From NCBI GenBank assembly GCA_965655095.1, contig OZ296651.1, positions 54,932,001-54,996,000 of the forward strand: a DNA stretch of 64,000 nt, given 5' to 3'. The position numbers and the translations under genes were made by a program. The notes under the pieces were generated by a model that was not told where the DNA came from, did no database searches, and saw nothing but the letters and a program-made list of their open reading frames with translations. This document shows, piece by piece, positions 51,400 through 64,000 of this stretch; within the stretch, counting starts at the first letter, position 1; each line of letters starts with the position of its first letter. The DNA is from Haplodiscus bocki. Lineage: Eukaryota.

Positions 51400-52022
51400 A
51401 TAAAAATGGAAGTTCAGTGTCGCCAGCAAACGGAAGCAAATGTACATAATTTTTTTTCACTATTTGAGCCCCTCTTTTGACTGAAATCATTCTGACAAAA
51501 AAACTCCAAGCGTCAACAGAATTTCAGTCGCATTTTGACCAATACCCCAAAGATGGGCAAAAAATTTAAGTATTGAAAATTTGAATTAGCTTGGGTTTCA
51601 AGTATGTTTTGAAATAAGGAATCTCAAATTGGCGCTTTTCAATCAAATTGTTTTGCTGCAAAGATGCCAACTCATTTTGAATTTTTCAAGGTACCGAACT
51701 GGATTAATTTTGCTCCGTGGAAGGGAAGTGCATGTTTTTTTTGAAACACTTCCTTTGAAGATGCATTCCTTTTACCATAAAAGTTGTGGAATATGATGAC
51801 TTATTTTGCATTTTTCCCAAAAAAAACTTGGGGAGAACGATTTTCTAGAAACCTCACTGTATTAGGCGCATTCTTGGGCAAGTTTGGAGCATTTTGACAA
51901 AATACAAAAGTTTGAGCGTGAAATTATACTTTGTGAAAATATTGGCAGATTTCATGTAAAAAAAAACGAAATGTTGAATGAATGATTTTCCCACCGTCTA
52001 TGAAATATGGACGGAAAATATT
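51400..52022 (-). mobile_element. Diverged HINE family 1-like copy (duplicate ends ~59752); left boundary uncertain
   Basis: End TGAATGATTTTCCCACCGTCTATGAAATATGGACGGAAAATA matches the family terminus. Confidence 0.45.
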
Positions 52023-55000
52023 TAGAAGTGAACAATTTGTCCTGTTTTTAGAGAAAAAGTGCTATTGATCGATCAACGAAGTAGACAGAGATTTTTTAAA
52101 TCGTAAGAAAAATTTCGCAGGTGGAGTAATCGATGTTATCCTGGAGCTGCCCGTACGGCTGAATTTGCTGGTTGCTTTAATGTAATGAACTTGTAAGCCC
52201 TTCTCTCTTTCGAGAAACCTTGGAATTGTGAAATTTGCTCATAAACACGAAGTGGATAGATTCGAATTGCGCTCAAGCGTCTCACAAAAAAGTCACTGAA
52301 GTAGTAGGGCACTTTTACAATTTGGTTAAAAACACTTGCGATTAAAAAAATGATCAGAGGTAGTTCATTGAGTTGAAAGAAAGATCTTACTAATAAAGTT
52401 CCAAGGAAAAAGTATGAATAGTGATCAACTTACTTCTGATATTTTTTCTCTCAACAGCGATTCGATGTCGAAGAAACATTGAGTCGAGGCATCTTTGTAC
52501 GTCTTTTCTGGCATCCAAGTGCAAGAATCTGAAACAAAAATTATTAGGGACTCAAAACTTCACCATACTGATTGGATGGTTCAATCAGCCGTTTTTAAAA
52601 CAGCAAATCCATTTGGAACATTCATCTGCTTCAGAACTCCTGCGAGCAACGAATGAACTACAGAGATCAAATGAGTTTGAACTTGATTAAGTAAATTTTG
52701 CTTCAAAACTGCACTATATAATTAAGGCTTATTGTTCGAGTAAATCAGACCTAAAAACTAAGATGTTAAATGATATATGCTATAGTTTTTGTATAACTGC
52801 AATTGGGTGTCAGGACATTTCACCCCGAAGACATTTCACCTCAGGACATTTAACCCTGGTACATTTCCCCCCATGGAGATTTCATTCAACAGAAATTTCA
52901 CCCCGAATTGAAAAAAGCTTTAATGGGCGCTCATTATTTTCCGCCCATATTTATATTATGTAAGTAAAATTTTGGAAGGAGACAAAAGGTACCCGCTCCG
53001 AACTTTTTTTCGTAATGTGAGACAATTTTCGGACTAAAATCGTTTTTTTTTTGCAAATTCGGTTTACGCTTATGCCGTTTGTTACAGCGCTTTCGCCTAT
53101 TGAGTTTGTGCTGAAAACAGTAGACTAGTCACCGCCAACATAACAGCTTTGCCCAGTTGGGAGGTTACGTGGCAATAAATAGAACACCTGGGTGTAATTT
53201 TTGAAAGGTAGCCTTAAATGGGACATGATTTGGTAATTTTGCAAAATTACGCTTTAAAAAGGGTCCTGGCTAAGAAGACTTTTTTGGAATCATTTTATGA
53301 AAACCGGTCGTCATAAAACAGTGACTAAATTATACTGAACACTGAGAATTCGTGCATCGACGCGATTATATCGTACCGCTTTCAGTGGCCGCTTTTTCTC
53401 GGCGTTTATATCAACTGCGTGTGTTGAAATGTTGCTTCGGTTTTCGCTTAAATGAGCGCTTTGACTTCAACCGAGCAATTCACTGTCCCTATGCTTTACC
53501 GAAAATTTTGTAAAATACAGTTTTGGAATGGAGGCTAGATTTTTTATAACACCAAAGCTTAAGAGGTTTATCCGTACTCGGAGACGAAAAATTGATACCC
53601 CGTTTTTAATTGATTGATTTTTAATTGAAAAATTTTGAGCGCGAAAATCCAGAAAACCCGTATATCAATTATTTTCCCTTATATCCACTTGCATGCTCCA
53701 AAAGTTTCATGATATACATGCCAAAAAAGATCGTGGCCAAAATACCCATTTTGCAAAAATCGATAATCCGAAAGGCAAGTAGCAACTTTTTTCAACTTCT
53801 TAACCTTTCCAGATAGTGTATATCAGGTTTGAAAAATTAATCCCTCTGAGTGTAAAGCATTGGCACTGAAAAAACTTTGTACGAAGAAAAATCCTGATAC
53901 TGCACTAGACAATTTTTCCCGAAAACCCAAAACTTTTGAACATCAGAAGCTCCCTTCCTGAGTATTTTGCTTTCCGGGCATATTTCGGCTGATGTACTCA
54001 AGTGCTTGATTCCCTGATAGATATGGCAAGACGGCCCGCAACTACTGGCATGTTTTCCGCCCTCCAATTTTTACAAAAATGCTTTTTAGAAAGTTGAAAG
54101 CGTATTTTTTTGACAGATACTTTCTGCAAATTGTCTAATTTTTATATATTTTCTGATTTCTTGTTGAAAAAACTCACTTTAGATAGAAAAAAAAGTTTTA
54201 AGAAATAATATCCTTTCGTACGAATTCTACTGCAAATATGCCATTTTTACTGATTTTGAAAAATATTTTTGTTTCTAACAAAACCCAACTTTTTTCCCAG
54301 AAAAACTCAAATTTCGTATTTGAAGAACCTTTCTATTTAAGTTGCACTCTACGGCAAATTTGCAACAATTTGGATAAAAAACTTTCAAACTCAGAAATGG
54401 CAGGACATTTTGCCCGGACATTTGGCAAGTATACGTAAAAAACCTTCGCGTTGAGTGGATAAATTTCCTTCCATATTTAAATGTGGGCAAAAAATTATTG
54501 TTTCCTCAAACCTATGGTCTCTTCCATAATTCTGCAGCGTTTAATACAGGTTAGAATGAATTACTGCTAGTGAAGCATGAAATAAGCAGGATTTCCTATT
54601 TAATGGGAAGTGTACTCTCACTTCAATTCAAAGCATTCCTAAGCTCTGCAGTCAAAAAGTATTGTCGAGTGTGAATTTTGTGTAAATCATAGACAAAGCA
54701 GTCATTAGGGATATTTACAAATTATCACGCGACGAATGACAATAAGTAAATACATCCATCCAAATTACATTTAGAAAAATTAATAAGATCAAGTAATTAA
54801 GAATCACTGGTTTTAAAAGCAGCAGTAACTAATCGACATTAGGTTGAAAATTGGTTGAGGTAATTAGTGTAGCACAAACAAGGAAACAAAATCCGCTTAC
54901 TGGAGATTGTCTCTATATGAATTAATTGCAAGTTTCTAATTACAATTAATTCATCTCTAAGTCAGTTTTTACTGTGAACTCAATGGAAGACGACATACTA

Positions 55001-55038
55001 AATGAGTCAATTCGTAAGTGTTTATCGGCTGTCATTTC

Positions 55039-57590
<2,552 letters not shown>

Positions 57591-60538
57591 GATGTGCAGT
57601 TACCAGTTGAAGCTGAGCACTATTTTATTGTTTCACCAACAATAGAAGGTATTCGAATGAACGTTCGACTGACAATATAATGTATCAATGCTTTTTAAAT
57701 ATAGATGTCGTAGTTTTGATTAAAGATTCACAGTTTTGAATATGACGAATATATTCGACTCCTATATTTGCTATTTTGCTGGCGTTTTGTTGCAAGTTCA
57801 ACCGGTTACCTTTGAAGCATCACCTGTGAGTTTGACTAACTCTGATTGACTACTGACTAATAATCTACAGTTAACCATTTAAAGTTTGCTTTGCTCTAGA
57901 AGCATCTTCGCGGCTCTCGCCTGTCACTCGTTGCTCATATAAGGCCGAAGTTTTTGAGTCATTCAACTTTTGCCAACACTTTCTCATTGGCTGACGAGCG
58001 CGATATTTGAAACTTCGGCTTGCTGGTTATTGAACTATAGCGGCCTATAGACACTTTAAATCAATTTTGTAACATATTTAAACCAATACAACAGTTATTC
58101 TACTATCGAAAGTAAACATATAGAACCAAATTAAAATCATCAGTAATGAAGAAAGTTCGGCGGTTTGCATCAGGCTTAATATTTATCATGAATGAATATC
58201 TTCGAATATTAGCTCAGATATTTGCTAAAACTTTTAGACTACTTCTTAACGGTCATTCACTTCTAAACTATCTCGAGAGCTTAAAGTCACGAATCTTTAC
58301 GAAATATCAATTCAATACCGAATATGCAATGCTTTAATAGGATCGTTTTTTCATCAATATATAGCATGTACTTTTTTGGTTACATTACGAATGTTTTAAA
58401 ATGGTGCAATGTTTGAAACTAGCAGCTGTCGTAGATTTTTGAACTCGCAGTTGTTTACGGTGGTGTAGAGGCTGATTCAGTGAAATAAAATGTTTGGCAA
58501 CATATCTTAAGTCTGCATATAACCTGATGTCATCAAATCACGAGTTTTATCATATTTTCATTTAGAAAATGTATCAAGTGAATAAGCTTATAACAAATGT
58601 GAATATGGTATCAGAGCAAAAAACCTTATACCGTCAACTTTCTCTATAGAAAAACATACTGTAAAAGCATTCATACAAAAGTGTCCACTCAACGAAGTTT
58701 TTGGTATTATGGTACAGAGTTTTTTACAAGAAGTGCGCCCAAAAATTTTTCGCTCAAAGTCCAAAAATTCATAAATTTAGTGCTGTTTTACCTTTCGTAT
58801 CAATGCTTTGACCAAGAATTTTGCTGAATTAATTGGAAATGATGATATTTGAAGAATTCGTACTAACAGTGCTGTAAATTCAGCCATAGAACAGGTAAAC
58901 TTTGATGACCCTCTGTTATGCTGATTTTTTTTGGAAAAACTAATTAAAGCACTGACCCCCCCCCCCCCCCACGAAAATTTTAACCCTTACGGGCAGTAGC
59001 AGTACCAAAGCTGTCAATATGAAATCTTTTTACAGTTTTGAATCGCAAGAAATAGACACGTTTTTTTTAAAAAAAATCAACTTGCTAAACCTTCAATAAA
59101 AATTCAAATTAGGAAGGCGAGTTAACCTTCGATAAAAATGGAAGTTCAGTGTCGCCAGCAAACGGAAGCAAATGTACATAATTTTTTTTCACTATTTGAG
59201 CCCCTCTTTTGACTGAAATCATTCTGACAAAAAAACTCCAAGCGTCAACAGAATTTCAGTCGCATTTTGACCAATACCCCAAAGATGGGCAAAAAATTTA
59301 AGTATTGAAAATTTGAATTAGCTTGGGTTTCAATTATGTTTTGAAATAAGGAATCTCAAATTGGCGCTTTTCAATCAAATTGTTTTGCTGCAAAGATGCC
59401 AACTCATTTTGAATTTTTCAAGGTACCGAACTGGATTAATTTTGCTCCGTGGAAGAGAAGTGCATGTTTTTTTTGAAACACTTCCTTTGAAGATGCATTC
59501 CTTTTACCATAAAAGTTGTGGAATATGATGACTTATTTTGCATTTTTCCCAAAAAAAAACTTGGAGAATGATTTTTTAGAAACCTCACTGTATTAGGCGC
59601 ATTCTTGGGCAAGTTTGGAGCATTTTGACAAAATACAAAAGTTTGAGCGTGAAATTATACTTTGTGAAAATATTGGCAGATTTCATGTAAAAAAAACGAA
59701 ATGTTGAATGAATGATTTTCCCACCGTCTATGAAATATGGACGGAAAATATTTAGAAGTGAACAATTTGTCCTGTTTTTAGAGAAAAAGTGCTATTGATC
59801 GATCAACGAAGTAGGTAGACAAAGATTTTTTAAATCGTAAGAAAAATTTCGCAGGTGGAGTAATCGATGTTATCCTGGAGCTGCCCGTACGGCTGAATTT
59901 GCTGGTTGCTTTAATGTAATGAACTTGTAAGCCCTTCTTTCTTTCGAGAAACCTTGGAATTGTGAAATTTGCTCATAAACACGAAGTGGATAGATTCGAA
60001 TTGCGCTCAAGCGTCTCACAAAAAAGTCACTGAAGTAGTAGGGCACTTTTACAATTTGGTTAAAAACACTTGCGATTAAAAAAATGATCAGAGGTAGTTC
60101 ATTGAGTTGAAAGAAAGATCTTACTAATAAAGTTCCAAGGAAAAAGTATGAATAGTGATCAACTTACTTCTGATATTTTTTCTCTCAACAGCGATTCGAT
60201 GTCGAAGAAACATTGAGTCGAGGCATCTTTGTACGTCTTTTCTGGCATCCAAGTGCAAGAATCTGAAACAAAAATTATTAGGGACTCAAAACTTCACCAT
60301 ACTGATTGGATGGTTCAATCAGCCGTTTTTAAAACACAAATCCATTTGGAACATTCATCTGCTTCAGAACTCCTGCGAGCAACGAATGAACTACAGAGAT
60401 CAAATGAGTTTGAACTTGGTTAAGTAAATTTTGCTTCAAAACTGCACTATATAATTAAGGCTTATTGTTCGAGTAAATCAGACCTAAAAACTAAGATGTT
60501 AAATGATATATGCTATAGTTTTTGTATAACTGCAATTG

Positions 60539-61343
60539 GGTGTCAGGACATTTCACCCCGAAGACATTTCACCTCAGGACATTTAACCCTGGTACATTTC
60601 CCCCCATGGAGATTTCATTCAACAGAAATTTCACCCCGAATTGAAAAAAGCTTTAATGGGCGCTCATTATTTTCCGCCCATATTTATATTATGGAAGTAA
60701 AATTTGTCACTCAAAGCGGTGTGTTTTCTTACGTTTACTTGCCAATTGTCCGGACTATTCTGAATTTGAAAGTTGCCGTAAATGCAACTGGAATAGTAAG
60801 ATTTCTCAAAACGTATGAAATTTGAACCCTTCCATGAAAAAAAGGGTTTTTCAAAATTGTTAAAGGTGGCAGATTTGCTGTAGAATGCGTATCAAATGGT
60901 ATGACTTCTTGAAAATGTCTTTTTTCCTTAATTGTAAAGTTTTTTTGCAAACAAAATCAGAAAACTTTCAAATTTGGAAAAATTAGAATATACATGAAGT
61001 ATTTTTTGAAAAAAAAACCGTTTTCATTCTTTTAAAAGGCATCTTTAACAAAATTGGACGGCGGAAAATGTGCCGGTCGTAGCTGGCCGTCTTGTATTAA
61101 TATGCATGATCTATTTAAGTGATCGATAGTACCATAAATAGAACGAGGTGTAAATAGCAATAATTCTGTGCGGAGGCCCTAATTGAGTATTCTGTGCAAT
61201 GAGGTGTTAATTGCAATACGGTCTTGCTAGGTCAGTAAATTGAGTGATAAGTATAAGTTGCAGTACCAAGAATAAAAAATATTTCTTTAATTAGACTTCC
61301 TAATTAACATGCTTTCAAAATTGGGGTGAAATTTCCTGAAACC
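60539..61343. mobile_element. MULE-like MITE with subterminal tandem repeats, interrupted by a HINE; its left part is also copied at ~52807-52933
   Basis: TIRs GGTGTCAGGACATTTCACCCC / GGGGTGAAATTTCCTGAAACC; 9-bp TSD CTGCAATTG (60530-60538) / CTGCCATTG (61344-61352); repeated ACATTTCACCCC-like units. Confidence 0.8.
60667..61096 (+). mobile_element. HINE family 1 copy in canonical orientation, nested in the MULE-like MITE
   Basis: 5' TTATTTTCCGCCCATATTTATATTATGGAAGTAAAAT (subTIR plus partial inverted repeat); 3' GGCGGAAAATGTGCCGGTCGTAGCTGGCCGTCTTGT (subTIR, stem-loop, TCTTGT). Confidence 0.8.
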
Positions 61344-61708
61344 CTGCCATTGTATCATTTTAATTTACTGTACTATAGAATTATTGATGAGTGAGAAAAG
61401 TCTGATTTGATGAGCCAATAAACCTGAGTCATGGTCAGACAGATTTTCAATAAGTCTTCCAGTTCCTGCGTTGCAATAAGCAAGGAAAAGCACATTTTCA
61501 ATTTTCATCGAATAGGCAATGAACCCAATTGTCTTAGTTGAAAATTTGAAAACAGCGATACCGAATAAAAATCAAATTTACAACCTCTGAAGTAGAAATG
61601 ACGATTATTTCTTAATTATAATCTATCGTTCTATATTATTTGATATTGTTTTGTGAAAGTTGAAAATGATAACATTTTGTATCATTTCACTAAAGCGTAC
61701 CATTTAAC

Positions 61709-62006
61709 GGAACTTTTTCCTCCCCCTCCCACGCATTGCCAAAAGTTTATGCGAATTGATTTTCAGAAGGATAATTAAAACATTTCCCTAGCTTTTTTTT
61801 CGAAAATTTGAAATGTTGAATAATATTTCCAAAAATCTTCCAGCTCCCCCCCCCCCTGCGATATTTTTTTTCAATTTTGCAATGGCATTTTGGTCTTTAT
61901 TCAACATTTCAAAAATATGCTAAGACCTTCAGAAATTTTATTATCTGTTTGAAATTCAATTTTAAATTTGACAATGCGTGGGGGAGGGGGAGTGGGGAAG
62001 AGTTCC
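61709..62006. mobile_element. Fold-back MITE (~300 bp)
   Basis: GGAACT..CCCCCTCCCACGCATTGCCAAA pairs with TTTGACAATGCGTGGGGGAGGGG..AGTTCC; internal TGAAATGTTGAATAA pairs with TTATTCAACATTTCA. Confidence 0.72.
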
Positions 62007-62051
62007 AATATTCCCATTAAAAAATTATATTGAATAATTGAATGAATAAAA

Positions 62052-63023
62052 AACAAGACGGCCGGCTAGCACCGGCATATTTTTCGCCCGACTACAAATA
62101 TTTTGATCAACTCTTCCAAACGGTTAAAAACAGAACTACACTTTCGATATTAGTTTTCAAAGAGTTTTTACAAACATCAATTTGACCACTGATTTCTGTA
62201 CTTTATGCAAAAGGGTATCACGATTTTCCGTTGAAAAATTTTTGTCTCACAGTGCCGAAAAATTTCGTCGAGGAACCTTTCTGTGTTTCGGAAAATCTCT
62301 GGTTTCGAAAAATTTTATGGATAAGAGGGGGGGGGGGAGTATCGAGATTTTCTGTCGAAAATTTTTTGTCTCACAGTACCGAAACATTTCGTAGAGGAAC
62401 CCTTCTGCGCTGTGTTTCAGAAAAATTCCGGTAGCCAAAAAGTTTATGGCTAAGAGGGGGGTTAGTATCAAGATTTTCCGTCGAAAATTTTTTGTCTCAC
62501 AGTACCGAAACATTTCGTAGAGGAACCCTTCTGCGCTGTGTTTCAGAAAATTTCTGGTAGCGAAAAAGTTTATGGACAAGAAGGGGGGAGTATCAAGATT
62601 TTCCGTCGAAAATCTTATGTCTCACAGTGCCGAAAAAAATCGTAGGTGAACCCTTCTGTGCTGTGTTTCAGAAAATTTCCGGTTGCGAAAAAGTTTATGG
62701 ATAAGAAGTAGGGAGTATCAAGATTTTCCGTCGAAAATTTTTAGTCTCACAGTGCCGAAAAACATCGTAAAGGAACCCTTCACTGTTTCACTAATTTCCG
62801 GCATCAAAAAATGCTAAGGGTAAATCGTAAAAATATTTGGCACGACAGAGACTCGAACCCGGAACCTACTGTTTGAGAACGCTGTTGTCCTAACCATACT
62901 GCTATCATTTATTTTTGAATAAATAGAGTTGGCAGTTTTGGTCAGATAAAAAAAAATTTGACCCCACTGTACACTGTACTGAATGAATAATTTTTCTTGT
63001 ATATTTATATACGGCGAAAAATA
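62052..63023 (-). mobile_element. HINE family 1 variant carrying a ~125-bp tandem array and a tRNA-like cassette
   Basis: Runs from AACAAGACGGCCGGCTAGCACCGGCATATTTTTCGCCC to ATATTTATATACGGCGAAAAATAA. The minus strand has TAGCAGTATGGTTAGG and GGTTCGAGTC at ~62840-62905. Confidence 0.75.
62214..62800. repeat. ~125-bp tandem repeat, ~4.7 units
   Basis: GTATCAAGATTTTCCGTCGAAAATTTTTTGTCTCACAGTRCCGAAA starts at ~62215, 62339, 62466, 62590 and 62714. Confidence 0.92.
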
Positions 63024-63040
63024 ATAATTTGTGTATGTTT

Positions 63041-63095
63041 GTGTGTGTGTGTGTGTGTGTGTGTGGGGTGGGGTGGGGTGGGGTGGGGGGGGGGG
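63041..63095 (+). repeat. (GT)12 microsatellite fused to a (GGGGT)4+G11 tract with G-quadruplex potential
   Basis: Read directly from the sequence. Confidence 0.85.
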
Positions 63096-64000
63096 TTAGG
63101 TGAGGAAAGAGATCCCATTAACAACTTAGAACTTAGCTTCAAAACGACTTAATTCCGTCTTCCGGTGCATGGAGGGGTGTATCAAACAGATGGGAAATGA
63201 TTTAAATTAACAAAAAACTAAAACGAATTTTAGGGACTGAACTTTCTGAAACGAAATCTTTGCGATGACTCATTTTGTGAAAAATCACGTTTGCGAGATT
63301 AACTGCTCACGTTATTGACTATTTTCTCAACTATTTCAATTTAAAACTAATTCAGTATTTTTGCACCAGTGAAGGGGATGAACGTTTTATCTAATCACTA
63401 AGAAACTGAAAATGGCAGATTACCAGATAACAACTTACGGTTATGGATGAACGTTTCCACATTTTGATGGTTTTCCAGGAAATTTACTGAACTTTTAAAG
63501 TGTGTGCGACGAAAAGATAGAGTCGGAAAAAGAATAGGATGTGCAAAAGCGAGCAAGGACTAGAAGACAAGAAGTGATGTACCGGTAGTTTGTGCGGAAA
63601 GTAAACAGTTGTTGCTACACTGAATCATGTTTTGTACGCCTTGGAGTCTGAGTTGAAAATGGTGACAGAATTTGTAGATGCTTTGCAGTACAACGATCAG
63701 AATTTTCGAATTGGCTTCTTTCGGATATTGGGTGACTTGATTTTAAGACTCACCAGCTGTTAATGAGATGACACGCCGTGAGTGACGCGACTTTTTCAAG
63801 TGCTTCTTTTTTTCCCACTCATTGTGACTTTTATCTTCTGATGAAGACAGAAGTGGATGAGGAGAGAAGAAGGTGAATAAAATTTCCGTAAGTGAACAAC
63901 AGCTTGGTTCACGTTGCTCTGCAATTAGTTCAATCAGCCATTGACTGGCTCAATTTAACTTTCATTAATAACACACAATCCATTTTTACTAATGAGTTTG

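Noticed and set aside
52457-52690. Plus-strand exon after a strong acceptor (TTTTTTCTCTCAACAG)
   Set aside because: No recognisable protein, and the two duplicate copies differ by a frameshifting indel. A non-coding exon cannot be excluded.
62214-62800. Possible CRISPR array
   Set aside because: The whole 125-bp unit repeats with no unique spacers, there are no cas genes, and the context is eukaryotic.
63093-63101. Telomeric repeat (GGGTTAGG)
   Set aside because: Only one imperfect unit at the end of a G run.

Overview
AT-rich animal genomic DNA with spliceosomal introns. It is not prokaryotic; the repeat content reminds me of acoel worms, but that is only a guess. About 1-8.3 kb is a decayed Maverick/Polinton-like viral relic on the minus strand, with an A32-type packaging ATPase pseudogene and neighbouring ORFs repeated as a ~2.9-kb tandem module. 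About 10.8-18.0 kb is a 3.6-kb tandem duplication. Host genes are an intronless multi-C2H2 zinc-finger gene, ZNHIT3, an SSX2IP/ADIP-like coiled-coil gene, an orphan S/N/P-rich ORF, and a four-exon ovo gene present twice in a ~7.74-kb head-to-tail duplication (45.2-60.7 kb). Between the genes are an internally deleted Gypsy LTR element, hAT-like, MULE-like and fold-back MITEs, and at least two families of DINE-1-like non-autonomous Helentrons (HINEs), several carrying tRNA-like Pol III cassettes. The most notable points are two intact ovo copies whose junction lies inside a HINE nested in a MITE, a Grainyhead/E-box/Ovo motif cluster upstream of ovo, tRNA-cassette-bearing HINEs, and three tandem duplications in 64 kb, two with patchy identity. 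All calls were made by eye with no database searches.
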